Below, in pieces: positions 21,504 to 30,818 of a DNA stretch of 64,000 bases; positions within the stretch are counted from its first letter, which is position 1, and each line of letters begins with the position of its first letter. Source of the DNA: Gammaproteobacteria bacterium. Lineage in GTDB: Bacteria > Pseudomonadota > Gammaproteobacteria > Eutrophobiales > Eutrophobiaceae. The DNA lies in contig CBDEUD010000003.1 in assembly GCA_965243115.1 (NCBI GenBank), positions 3,328,689-3,392,688 of the forward strand. Reading direction: 5' to 3'. The position numbers were made by a program, and so were the translations under genes. The notes under the pieces are model-generated. The model was not told where the DNA came from and did no database searches. It worked only from the letters and a program-made list of their open reading frames with translations.

Positions 21504-22514
21504 TCATACCACCTTATAATACCCCTTATACCATTCAATGAACCGCTTTATCCCCTGTTCAAGCGAAACCCGCGGCACAAAATCGAATTCCTCAACCAGC
21601 CTGGACGAGTCCGATTCGGTATTGAGCACGTCACCGGGTTGCGCCTCCGCAAACTCGAGAACGGCCTTCCTGCCGATCTCCGCCTCCAGCATTTTAATAT
21701 AATCCACGAGGTTGACCGCGTTTTGATTCCCCACGTTGTAAATCCGGCACCTTGCCGCGCCGCTGGCCGGATCGGGCCGGACCGCATCCCAGTCCGCGTC
21801 CCCTGCAGGGGCCCGGTCCGTTATTCTCAGCGTTGCCTCCACCGCGTCGTCGATATAGGTGAAATCCCTCCGGTGGTTTCCCCGGTTGAAAACCTGTATC
21901 GGTTCGCCGCTGGCTATGTTCCCGGCAAACAGGATGGGCGACATGTCCGGCCTGCCCCAGGGGCCGTACACGGTGAAATAGCGCAGGCCGCTCACGGGCA
22001 GGTCATACAGGTGGCTGTAGCTGTGCGCCATCAGTTCGTTGGCGCGCTTGGTGGCGCCGTACAGGGAGACCGGGTGCGCCGCCGGGTCCGATTCCGAAAA
22101 AGGCAGCTTCTCATTGGCGCCGTAAACCGAACTGGACGAGGCGTACACCAGGTGTTCCACCCCGGCGGCGCGGCAGCCTTCCAGGATGTTCAGGAAACCC
22201 GCAATATTCGAACTGATATAGCTGTGGGGATGGCTGATCGAGTAACGCACACCGGCCTGGGCGGCCAGGTGGACCACCCGCCGGGGGTTGATTTCCCCGA
22301 ACAGGTTTTCCATATGCACCCTGTCTGAAATATCCAGTTTCCTGAAGCTGAAATTTGCAAAATCCGCCAGTAACGCCAGCCTGTCATGCTTCAACCCGGG
22401 GTCGTAATAGTCATTCAGGTTGTCGACCCCGATAACTCCGTCACCCCTCTCCAACAAGCGCCGGGATAATGCCGCGCCGATAAACCCGGCGCAACCCGTA
22501 ACAAGGATTTCCAT
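21504..22514 (-). CDS. UDP-glucuronate 4-epimerase type SDR
   Basis: ILVTGCAGFIGAAL, YGATKRANE (YxxxK), and NLNDYYDP typical of GlcA/GalA epimerases. Confidence 0.8.
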   Translation of the reverse strand: MEILVTGCAGFIGAALSRRLLERGDGVIGVDNLNDYYDPGLKHDRLALLADFANFSFRKLDISDRVHMENLFGEINPRRVVHLAAQAGVRYSISHPHSYISSNIAGFLNILEGCRAAGVEHLVYASSSSVYGANEKLPFSESDPAAHPVSLYGATKRANELMAHSYSHLYDLPVSGLRYFTVYGPWGRPDMSPILFAGNIASGEPIQVFNRGNHRRDFTYIDDAVEATLRITDRAPAGDADWDAVRPDPASGAARCRIYNVGNQNAVNLVDYIKMLEAEIGRKAVLEFAEAQPGDVLNTESDSSRLVEEFDFVPRVSLEQGIKRFIEWYKGYYKVV

Positions 22515-22697
22515 GCTGGCTCAAGCAAACAAAATGAAATGATCGACAGGTAGAGGGACATATTACATGAAATCGGGAAACCTGTAGATATACGCTCATC
22601 CCGCATAAATAAAACAGCGCTGAAATTAGTATATTATGGGTTCGGGATTCACTATGAACGTATCCATATGCAAGACACCTGCCAGGGAGAATAAAAC

Positions 22698-24833
22698 GTG
22701 CCGACCATAAGAGAAAACGACGGGGATGCCGCCCCGGATAGTGGAACTCAATATACCGTTACCCCGGGTGATGTTTTTCAGGGATCGCTTGACTCAACCG
22801 ATGACAAGGACTGGGTACGGGTCGAGTTGGCCGCCGGGCCGTTTTACTACGTCACCCTGAACGATGCAGACGCATTTGAAACGCATATTCTCGATCCGCA
22901 AGGGAACGAGGTTACGTTTCTCGACTATGACCCTGCCGAAATAAAGGCCACCTTCATCACGGCTGTCAGCGGCGCCCATTACATCTGCATTTCGAGCAAC
23001 AATGACGGCAGCGTGACCGACTACGAATTTTCGGTCGGCGAGATACCGCCTCCCCCGGAAGGCAGCTACGATGAGATCGCCGATTTCATGACCGATGGAT
23101 TTTCGGGGCGACAGGCTTTTGACGTCGGGACGGGTGGTACGCTGACTGCCGATGTCACCGCCTTGACCATAGACGGACAGCAACTCGTGCGCAAGGCGCT
23201 CGAGGCCTGGACAGGTGTCTCCGGAATTGAATTCGAGTTGGTTGACGATGACAACGCCCACATTGTTTTCTACGATGATGAGGGTGAGCCTGGCGCATAT
23301 GCCATAACCCACTCGACGAATGGCGTCATAATTTCTTCCGAAGTCCACATCCCGGTAACAGGGAGAGGCGGGTCTGATATCTCGCTGGTAGCCAGTGGTT
23401 TGAGGATCATCATACATGAAATCGGTCATGCTCTCGGTCTCGGTCATCCGGGCCCCTACAACGAATCATTTACCATATACGGTGTCGACAATATATTTAT
23501 GAAAGACACCTGGCAGACAACGGTGATGTCATATTTTGCCCAGGACAGGGACTCCCGGATCGAGGCCAGTCTGGCTTATCCCATCACGCCGATGATTGCG
23601 GACATCATTGCGATTCAAAATCTATACGGCGTACCCACTGACATCCGTACCGGTGATACCGTTTACGGTTACCGGTCCAACATCGATGGTTACCTGGGTG
23701 AAGTCTTCGCCAACTGGACCGGCGAGACCGATACCCCCTTCAGGGCGCCGATCGCACTGACACTCTATGACAATGGCGGTACCGATACCCTGGACCTGCG
23801 CACGGACGCTGCAGACCAGCGGGTCGACCTGCGCCCGGAAGGTATCTCGGACGTGTATGGTCTGGTAGGCAACCTGGTGATCGCGCGGGACACCTTGATT
23901 GAGAACTTCATCGCCGGATCCGGGAACGATGAAATTATCGCCAATGCCGCGGCAAACCGCCTGGCAGGGGGTGCGGGTACGGACACGGTGTCCTATACCG
24001 GGTCGGATGCGGGCGTTACCGTGACGCTGCGGGACGGCGCCGGTAGAGGGGGGTACGCCGAAGGTGACGTGCTGACCGGTATTGAACACCTCATCGGGTC
24101 CGGTCATGCCGATATATTCGGCGGTGACAGCCATGGCAACCGGTTATACGGCATGGACGGTGACGACGGCCTCTGGGGCAGTAATGGTGGTGATGTCCTG
24201 GAAGGCGGCGCCGGTGCGGACCGCTTGCATGGTGGCCCCGGTGCAGACACGGCCTCTTATGCGTCTTCCGATGCGGGTGTGGTAGTGCGCCTGCACAGTA
24301 TGGAGGCGCGGGGAGGCCATGCCGGGGGCGATACCTTTATCGGCATGGTCACGGTAGACGGCACGGAAGTCCCCGACATTGAACACCTGCTCGGGTCTTC
24401 TTACGCTGATACACTCGCCGGGGATCTCCGGGACAACACGCTCATGGGCCGCGCCGGCGATGATACGTTGTACGGCGGGCCGGGGGGCGGTGACGATGAC
24501 ATGTACGGTGAGAACGGCAATGACCGGATGTTCGGGGGCAAGGGGGATGATATGCTCAGTGGCGGCGCCGGCAATGATACGCTGAGCGGCGGGCCTGATG
24601 ACGATACCTTTGTTTTTGCCCCCGGTGGCGGCGATGACACCATTACGGATTTTGGTAATGGCGATGACAGGATTGATCTCAGTGCGTTTGCGGATATTAC
24701 TTCTTTCAATGACTTGTCGGTGGAACAACAGGAAGGTGATGTTGTCATTGATTTGTCCGGGCAAGGGGGTGGGACAATCATCATGTCAGGCTTCGATATC
24801 GCCAACCTGGACGCATCGGATTTCATCTTCTGA
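22698..24833 (+). CDS. Serralysin-like (M10B) zinc metalloprotease with RTX beta-roll and a type I secretion-type C-terminus
   Basis: HEIGHALGLGHP (HExxHxxGxxH) at about 23416-23451, a Met-turn TVMSY, GGxGxD repeats, and a C-terminal DASDFIF (acidic residue plus hydrophobics). GTG start behind GGGAGA. Confidence 0.85.
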   Translation: MPTIRENDGDAAPDSGTQYTVTPGDVFQGSLDSTDDKDWVRVELAAGPFYYVTLNDADAFETHILDPQGNEVTFLDYDPAEIKATFITAVSGAHYICISSNNDGSVTDYEFSVGEIPPPPEGSYDEIADFMTDGFSGRQAFDVGTGGTLTADVTALTIDGQQLVRKALEAWTGVSGIEFELVDDDNAHIVFYDDEGEPGAYAITHSTNGVIISSEVHIPVTGRGGSDISLVASGLRIIIHEIGHALGLGHPGPYNESFTIYGVDNIFMKDTWQTTVMSYFAQDRDSRIEASLAYPITPMIADIIAIQNLYGVPTDIRTGDTVYGYRSNIDGYLGEVFANWTGETDTPFRAPIALTLYDNGGTDTLDLRTDAADQRVDLRPEGISDVYGLVGNLVIARDTLIENFIAGSGNDEIIANAAANRLAGGAGTDTVSYTGSDAGVTVTLRDGAGRGGYAEGDVLTGIEHLIGSGHADIFGGDSHGNRLYGMDGDDGLWGSNGGDVLEGGAGADRLHGGPGADTASYASSDAGVVVRLHSMEARGGHAGGDTFIGMVTVDGTEVPDIEHLLGSSYADTLAGDLRDNTLMGRAGDDTLYGGPGGGDDDMYGENGNDRMFGGKGDDMLSGGAGNDTLSGGPDDDTFVFAPGGGDDTITDFGNGDDRIDLSAFADITSFNDLSVEQQEGDVVIDLSGQGGGTIIMSGFDIANLDASDFIF

Positions 24834-24846
24834 TTCTCTGACATCC

Positions 24847-25311
24847 ATGTACCGCAGGCGCCTGATTACGCTTCTCATCCTCGCACTGGCCGCATTCGGC
24901 GCCGGGGCGGACAAGATGCCGCTCCTGATCTCCTGTCATGGCTTGCCGAACACCGATGCAGCCGTAGTCGCGACCCTGTGCGACGCGCTGGTGTCCGAAC
25001 TGGACGAGCGTGAACCGGGCCGCACGATCCGGCGTAGCGCCGCGCCGGACCCACTCCCCAAGCGGGCCTGGGACGTGGTCCTCAAGGTCATTCGCACCGA
25101 AAACTACCACTGGGAAGCACATTTGACATGGAGCAAGGCGAAGCGCAGGAATAACGCCGATCCGACAATCGGGCCGGTCGTAGAGATCTTCGGCATGGAC
25201 GCACCGCTGGGCCCCGGGGCTTACTCACATTTCGTCCGCAGTCTTCTGAAAGTGAGCAAGCCGGCATTCCTGGCGTCCCCTAGGGGAGTCGAACCCCTGT
25301 TGCCGCCGTGA
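24847..25311 (+). CDS. Small exported hypothetical protein (signal peptide), directly downstream of the protease
   Basis: MYRRRLITLLILALAAFGAGA... starts 14 nt after the protease stop. Its 3' end overlaps tRNA-Glu on the other strand. No family recognised. Confidence 0.45.
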   Translation: MYRRRLITLLILALAAFGAGADKMPLLISCHGLPNTDAAVVATLCDALVSELDEREPGRTIRRSAAPDPLPKRAWDVVLKVIRTENYHWEAHLTWSKAKRRNNADPTIGPVVEIFGMDAPLGPGAYSHFVRSLLKVSKPAFLASPRGVEPLLPP

Positions 25312-25346
25312 AAGGGCGGTGTCCTAGGCCTCTAGACGAAGGGGAC
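25271..25346 (-). tRNA. tRNA-Glu (anticodon TTC)
   Basis: The reverse complement reads GTCCCCTTCGTCTAGAGGCCTAGGACACCGCCCTTTCACGGCGGCAACAGGGGTTCGACTCCCCTAGGGGACGCCA. Confidence 0.9.
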
Positions 25347-25367
25347 AGGTGAGATCGTTAAATCAAC

Positions 25368-25443
<76 letters not shown>

Positions 25444-25462
25444 ATAAAGACTCGTAGTTTAT

Positions 25463-25657
25463 TCACTGCGTCTTGCCGGTAACCGATGCCTGAAACAAAT
25501 CCTTCAGCACGTCGATTGATCCCTCCAGTCTTGCCATACGTTCGCGGAGATCGGCTATATCACCGTGAATATCCTTGTGGCTCGACCATATGAACCACGA
25601 CAACGAACCCCAGGCCAACACGATGGTTGTGATGATGGTAATGAGTTCATAGTTCAT
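25463..25657 (-). CDS. Small membrane protein (one TM segment plus a short coiled segment), hypothetical
   Basis: MNYELITIITTIVLAWGSLSWFIWS... lies between gltX and the tRNAs on the same strand. Only ORF-level support. Confidence 0.35.
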   Translation of the reverse strand: MNYELITIITTIVLAWGSLSWFIWSSHKDIHGDIADLRERMARLEGSIDVLKDLFQASVTGKTQ

Positions 25658-25790
25658 GATGCCACCTCCTGTGCGCTACAACGCAAAATCGAGTCTTTAC
25701 AACAGCGGCATCCATTCTACCTTGCGCCTTCACATTGTCAAGCCGGCTGTAAGGAGTGCTATCCATATCCCATTCATTGGAATCACCGAA

Positions 25791-27251
25791 TTATTCCCGG
25801 GATTCAATCCGTCGTTCAATCATCTGCAACGCACGTCCAAGGCGCGCCAGGGTCCGGTCCCGGCCCAGCAACGCCAGGGTGACGTCGATGGAGGGCGAAA
25901 CCGCGCTGCCGGTTACCGCCACCCGCAACGGCTGGGCTATCTTTCCGAATTTCATGGCCTGTCGTTCCGCCACTGTATCGATGGCGGCATGAAGTGTATT
26001 CCTGTCCCAGGCATCCAGTGCGGAAAAGACCCCCCTGACCTGCCGCAATGGCTCATAGACCACGGGACGCAGGTGTTTTTTCGCAGCCGTCTCATCGTAT
26101 TCCGCAAAGTCTTCATAGAAGAACCGGCTCTGTTCGGCCATCTCCGCAATGGTCTTCACCCGCTCCTTCTGTACCCCGGCCACCTGCTTGAGATCGGGCG
26201 GCCCGGATACGTCAACATCGAGCTGGATTAATTTTCTTTTCAGCAGACAGGCAATCCGTTCCGCTTTGCTTTCCCTGAGATAATGCTGGTTCAGCCAGGC
26301 CAGCTTGTCCGGGTTCAGCGCGGCCGCGGCCTTGTTCACCTGGCCGATATCGAACAGCTCAATCATCTCGGCGGTGCTGAATATCTCCTGGTCGCCATGG
26401 GACCAGCCCAGGCGCACCAGGTAGTTCAGCAGCGCCTCCGGCAGGTAACCCCGGTCCCGGTAGTCCAGCACGCTCGCGGCGCCGTGGCGCTTGGACAGTT
26501 TTTTACCGTCACTGTCCAGGATCAGGGGTATGTGGGCATAGGCCGGTACGTCGTAACCCAGGGCGTCGAAAATGTTGACCTGCCTGGGCGTGTTGTTGAG
26601 GTGGTCGTCCCCGCGTATGACGTGGGTGACGCCCATATCCGCATCGTCCACCACCACGGTCAGGTTGTAGGTGGGCGAACCGTCGGACCGGGCAATGATC
26701 AAGTCATCCAGTTCCCGGTTGCTGATCGCCACCCGGCCCTGGATGAGATCGTCGATGACTACGTCACCGTCCAGGGGGTTCCTGAACCGGACCACCGAAG
26801 TTTCACCTGCCGCAGGACGGCGGCCGCGATCCCGCCATTTGCCGTTGTACCGGGGTTTCTCCCCCCGGCTCACGGCCTCCCGGCGCATGGCTTCCAGTTC
26901 TTCCCGGCTGCAGAAACAATGGTACGCCCGCTCCTGGTCCAGCAACCGTTGTATCGCATTATTGTATAGTTGCGTGCGCCTTGACTGGAAAACGATGCCC
27001 TTCTCGTCCATACCAGCCATGTCGTCCCGGTCCGGCCTGTCGTGCTGCAGTTCCAGCCAGGCCATGCCGTCCCGGATGACCTGGAGGGCGGCATCCGTAC
27101 TCCGCTCGCGGTCCGTATCCTCAATTCTCAGGAGGAACTCTCCATTATGGCGCCGGGCGTAGAGCCAGGAAAACAGGGCCGTGCGGATACCGCCGATATG
27201 CAGGAAACCGGTTGGGCTGGGCGCAAAGCGGGTGATCACTTTATCGGTCAT
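25791..27251 (-). CDS. gltX: Glutamate--tRNA ligase
   Basis: RFAPSPTGFLHIGGIRTALF (HIGH motif), KLSKRHG (KMSKS motif) and full-length GluRS pattern. Confidence 0.95.
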   Translation of the reverse strand: MTDKVITRFAPSPTGFLHIGGIRTALFSWLYARRHNGEFLLRIEDTDRERSTDAALQVIRDGMAWLELQHDRPDRDDMAGMDEKGIVFQSRRTQLYNNAIQRLLDQERAYHCFCSREELEAMRREAVSRGEKPRYNGKWRDRGRRPAAGETSVVRFRNPLDGDVVIDDLIQGRVAISNRELDDLIIARSDGSPTYNLTVVVDDADMGVTHVIRGDDHLNNTPRQVNIFDALGYDVPAYAHIPLILDSDGKKLSKRHGAASVLDYRDRGYLPEALLNYLVRLGWSHGDQEIFSTAEMIELFDIGQVNKAAAALNPDKLAWLNQHYLRESKAERIACLLKRKLIQLDVDVSGPPDLKQVAGVQKERVKTIAEMAEQSRFFYEDFAEYDETAAKKHLRPVVYEPLRQVRGVFSALDAWDRNTLHAAIDTVAERQAMKFGKIAQPLRVAVTGSAVSPSIDVTLALLGRDRTLARLGRALQMIERRIESRE

Positions 27252-27260
27252 GGTTACCGG

Positions 27261-28805
27261 TCAGTCGCGTTCCACTTCTTCGGTCAACAGCGATACCCCG
27301 CATTCCACCCGCCTGCGCAGCCAGGGGCTCGGCCGGTAGCGCGGGTCGCCGGTCAGTTTGAACAGGTTATCCAGAATTTCGGCTATTCTTGCTCCCCCGA
27401 TCCGGTCTCCCCATGACAGCGGGCCGTGCGGGTAGCCCAGGCCCAGGGTCACGGCGGCCTCTATGTCGGCCACGCCGGCGATGCGGCGCTGGGCGATGTT
27501 GGCGGCGATGTTCACGATCACGGCCAGGATGCGCTGGCTGATGAACCCTGGGCTGTCGTTGATCACGGTCACGGGGACGCCGCCAGCCGCCAGCAGGCCG
27601 TGCATGCTGTCGCGCACTCCGGGTGCGGTAATCGGCGACAGCATCAGGGTGCGCCGCGTACCCGGGTCGGGCAACGGGTCCACGGCCACCGTGCGGGCGG
27701 GGTCAAGACCCCGTTCGGAACAAGTACGGCTCACGTCGCTGCCCCACGGCTGCACCACGGCCATGGTATCCACTGCCGCAGGGTTGTCCGTTAACTGCGC
27801 GCCGCCGGCCTGCAACTCATGCGCCAGTTGCCGGGAGGTGTTGCTTTCAGCGCCGTCCAGCCACACCTTCGTGAGGCTGACTTGCGGCGCCGGCGCTGCT
27901 TCAGGCTCAATTTTCCGGTTGTCCTCATAACGGTAAAACCCGCGCCCGGTTTTGCGTCCGAACAGACCCGCCGCCATGCGCGGCGGGACCAGCGGCGAAG
28001 GGCGGAACATGGGTTCCTGCAGGAACTGGTCATACACGGACTGCATCACTTTCCCTGACACGTCCAGCCCGGTCAGGTCCAGCAGCTCAAACGGCCCCAT
28101 GCGGAACCCCAGGGCCTCGCGCACGACCCGGTCCACGTCGGCAGGCTGCGCCACCCCCTCTTCCAGGATACGCAACGCTTCGGTGGTAAGACCGCGTCCC
28201 GCATGGTTCACCAGGAAACCGGGCTGGTCGGCCGCGACCACGGCGCGGTGGCCGGTTGAGGTAACCAGGTCCGACAACTCCCGTACCACGGCCGCTTCGG
28301 TCAGCGCGGCCGGCACGACTTCAACCACGCGCATGAGCGGGACCGGGTTGAAGAAATGCAGCCCCGCGACGCGCGCCGGCGCGGCGCAGGCGGAGGCGAT
28401 ATCCGAGACCAGCAGTGAGGAGGTATTGCTCGCCAGGATGGCCTTCCCGGAGACGATTTTTTCCAGTTTCGCAAACAACTGCCGCTTCACGTCAAGCAGT
28501 TCGACGATCGCCTCGATGAGGACCTGGCAACCGGCCAATTGTTCCAGGTCGCCACAGACGGTCAGCCCGGAAAGCATTGTTTGCGCCTCCTCCTCCGAAA
28601 ACCTGCCCTTGTCCACCTGGCGCCCGATCATCCTGCCGATGAATTCGGCGGCGCTGTCGAGCGCGCCGGCCCGGGAGTCATGCAGCCATACCCGGTACCC
28701 GGCCTGCAGCAACAACTGGGCGATCCCCCGCCCCATGACGCCGGCCCCGATAACGCCGATGTTCCTGTCGCGTCCTGCCGCCTGAACGCGTTTATCGTTT
28801 GACAT
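27261..28805 (-). CDS. 3-hydroxyacyl-CoA dehydrogenase (long form with duplicated C-terminal domain)
   Basis: IGVIGAGVMGRGIAQ Rossmann motif, LIEAIVELLDVKRQLF, and a second HCDH C-terminal domain. Confidence 0.8.
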   Translation of the reverse strand: MSNDKRVQAAGRDRNIGVIGAGVMGRGIAQLLLQAGYRVWLHDSRAGALDSAAEFIGRMIGRQVDKGRFSEEEAQTMLSGLTVCGDLEQLAGCQVLIEAIVELLDVKRQLFAKLEKIVSGKAILASNTSSLLVSDIASACAAPARVAGLHFFNPVPLMRVVEVVPAALTEAAVVRELSDLVTSTGHRAVVAADQPGFLVNHAGRGLTTEALRILEEGVAQPADVDRVVREALGFRMGPFELLDLTGLDVSGKVMQSVYDQFLQEPMFRPSPLVPPRMAAGLFGRKTGRGFYRYEDNRKIEPEAAPAPQVSLTKVWLDGAESNTSRQLAHELQAGGAQLTDNPAAVDTMAVVQPWGSDVSRTCSERGLDPARTVAVDPLPDPGTRRTLMLSPITAPGVRDSMHGLLAAGGVPVTVINDSPGFISQRILAVIVNIAANIAQRRIAGVADIEAAVTLGLGYPHGPLSWGDRIGGARIAEILDNLFKLTGDPRYRPSPWLRRRVECGVSLLTEEVERD

Positions 28806-28937
28806 GATTTTCCATTACATGATTAATATACGGAATAGTTTATCAGACTGGGTTCCGGCCCTGCGGTAAAGAATGCCGGCGCTTGCCCCTGAATGCTCCA
28901 GGCATGGCATGCTTGCAAAGAACTACAGGTTACCCGT

Positions 28938-29711
28938 ATGAACAACAAACCAGGCGATGGAATTACACTGCTGCCCGTGCGCGGCATGCCGGAAGTCATG
29001 CCCGGGGATGACCTGGCAGCGCTGTTGCTGCAGCAGTTGCAGGCTTACCCCCTCGCCGGCGGCGATATCCTGGTCATCGCCCAGAAGGTCGTTTCCAAGG
29101 CCGAGGACCGGTACGTGGAACTGGCCGGGATAACGCCATCTGATCATGCCCTGGGACTGGCCCGGGACACGGACAAGGACCCGCGCCTGGTCGAACTGAT
29201 CCTGGCCCAGTCGAAACGGGTGGTCAGGTACCGGGAAGATGTCCTGATCGTCGAACACAAGCTGGGGTTCGTCCATGCCAACGCCGGTATCGACCATTCC
29301 AATATCCCGCAAAACCCCGCATCGGAGCGAGTCCTGCTGCTGCCGGAAAACCCCGATGCCAGCGCCGCGCAAATACACGATCAAATCAAACAGCGCCTGG
29401 GCGTCCATGTGGGCGTCATCATCAACGACAGCGCCGGGCGCGCCTGGCGCAACGGCGTCACCGGCATCGCCATCGGCGCAGCCGGCCTGCCCTGCCTGCT
29501 GGACCTGCGCGGCGAGTCCGACTTGCACGGCAACCCGTTGCGGGTGACCGAGGTGGGCATCGCCGATGAAATCGCCGCCGCCGCCTCGCTGGTCATGGGG
29601 CAGGCGGCACAGGGGATACCCGCGGTACTGGTTCAGGGCCTGGACCTGCGCGGCGCGGCTACGGACGCGTCCGCCCTGGTACGTGACCCGGACAAGGACC
29701 TGTTCAGGTAA
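28938..29711 (+). CDS. cofE: Coenzyme F420-0:L-glutamate ligase (CofE/FbiB N-domain family)
   Basis: LLPVRGMPEVMPGDDL, ILVIAQKVVSKAEDR, GFVHANAGIDHSNIP and VIINDSAGRAWRNG. Start re-picked at MNNKPGDG. Confidence 0.8.
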   Translation: MNNKPGDGITLLPVRGMPEVMPGDDLAALLLQQLQAYPLAGGDILVIAQKVVSKAEDRYVELAGITPSDHALGLARDTDKDPRLVELILAQSKRVVRYREDVLIVEHKLGFVHANAGIDHSNIPQNPASERVLLLPENPDASAAQIHDQIKQRLGVHVGVIINDSAGRAWRNGVTGIAIGAAGLPCLLDLRGESDLHGNPLRVTEVGIADEIAAAASLVMGQAAQGIPAVLVQGLDLRGAATDASALVRDPDKDLFR

Positions 29712-29742
29712 GCCCACCGACCGTCATTCCTGCTCAACCCCG

Positions 29743-29768
29743 TGATTCCTGCTTGCGCGGGAACGGCG
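29743..29768 (+). repeat. REP-like hairpin (GATTCCYGCTTGYGCGGGAAYGRCGG family)
   Basis: GTGATTCCTGCTTGCGCGGGAACGGCGG. The same family occurs at 51488-51513 (inverted) and 51532-51557. Confidence 0.7.
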
Positions 29769-29789
29769 GTGTTGTGCAATAATCCTGCA

Positions 29790-30734
29790 ATGAACAAATC
29801 CATCCTGTCCCTGTGCGGCGGCGTGGGCGGAGCGAAACTGGCGCACGGACTCAGCAAAACAGTCAGCCCGGACGACCTTCTCATCGTGGTCAATACCGGT
29901 GACGACTTTGAACACCTGGGACTGCACATCTCGCCCGACCTGGATACGGTCATGTACACGCTGGCGGGCGTGGCGGACCCGGAGCGGGGCTGGGGCATCG
30001 CCGGCGAGACCTGGAACTTCATGGAGGCGATCGCCGGCTTCGGCGGCCTGGATTGGTTCAGGCTGGGGGACAAGGACCTCGCCACCCACCTGTACCGGAC
30101 CCGGATGCTGGAACAGGGACAGGGACTGGCGCAGGTTACCCGCGCACTGTGCCGTTCCTTCGGCATAGAACACCGAATTGTTCCCATGACCGGCGACCCG
30201 TTGCGCACGCGTGTGGTCACCGACCGGGGGACCCTGCCCTTCCAGGATTATTTCGTGCGCCAGGGTAGCCGGCCCGGGGTGCAGTCAATTGAATTCAGCG
30301 GCGCCGGGCAAGCCCGCGTACACCCGGATTTCGCGGCGATGCTCAACAGCAGTGAGCTGGTCGCAGTCATCCTGTGCCCGTCCAACCCGTTCCTGAGCAT
30401 CGACCCGATCCTGTCCCTTGGAGGCGTGCGTTCAGACCTGCGGTCCGCCGCCGCACCCGTTGTCGCCGTCTCACCCATCGTCGGCGGCAAGGCCCTGAAA
30501 GGCCCCGCGGCCAAGATAATGGACGAACTGGGAATGCCGCCCGGCAACCTGTCAATCGCCGAATATTACCGTGATTTCCTGGATGGGATCGTTATCGACA
30601 CCGGCGACCGGCATGAAACGCAGGCAATCGAGCAACTGGGGATCAGGGTGAAACTCACCAATACCGTTATGCGCTCCCGGCAGGACAGGATAGACCTGGC
30701 TGAAACCTGCCTGGAATTTGCGATCAGTTTTTAG
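29790..30734 (+). CDS. cofD: 2-phospho-L-lactate transferase (CofD/FbiA)
   Basis: LCGGVGGAKLAHGL, VNTGDDFEHLGLHISPDLDTVMYTLAG and CPSNPFLSIDPIL. Start re-picked at MNKSILSL. Confidence 0.85.
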   Translation: MNKSILSLCGGVGGAKLAHGLSKTVSPDDLLIVVNTGDDFEHLGLHISPDLDTVMYTLAGVADPERGWGIAGETWNFMEAIAGFGGLDWFRLGDKDLATHLYRTRMLEQGQGLAQVTRALCRSFGIEHRIVPMTGDPLRTRVVTDRGTLPFQDYFVRQGSRPGVQSIEFSGAGQARVHPDFAAMLNSSELVAVILCPSNPFLSIDPILSLGGVRSDLRSAAAPVVAVSPIVGGKALKGPAAKIMDELGMPPGNLSIAEYYRDFLDGIVIDTGDRHETQAIEQLGIRVKLTNTVMRSRQDRIDLAETCLEFAISF

Positions 30735-30818
30735 TTTCTGGTTTTTAGTGGCTGGACTGATAACTCCTTGAATGCTCCATATCCAATACCCCTTACTAAA
30801 AACCAGAAACTAAAAACT
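30726..30818. repeat. 24-bp perfect inverted repeat (45-nt spacer) whose arms hold the stop codons of both convergent genes
   Basis: AGTTTTTAGTTTCTGGTTTTTAGT (30726-30749) is the reverse complement of 30795-30818. The cofD TAG is at 30732-30734 and the hydroxylase stop is at comp(30817-30819). Confidence 0.9.

Noticed and set aside
24598-24846. Upstream extension of the small exported-protein ORF (track start 24598)
   Set aside because: The extension lies inside the RTX protease coding region in another frame. The signal-peptide-like N-terminus begins at the ATG at 24847.
28888-30785. 11-mer TGAATGCTCCA shared upstream of cofE and in the loop downstream of cofD
   Set aside because: A shared 11-mer is expected by chance many times in 64 kb, and nothing around it is conserved.
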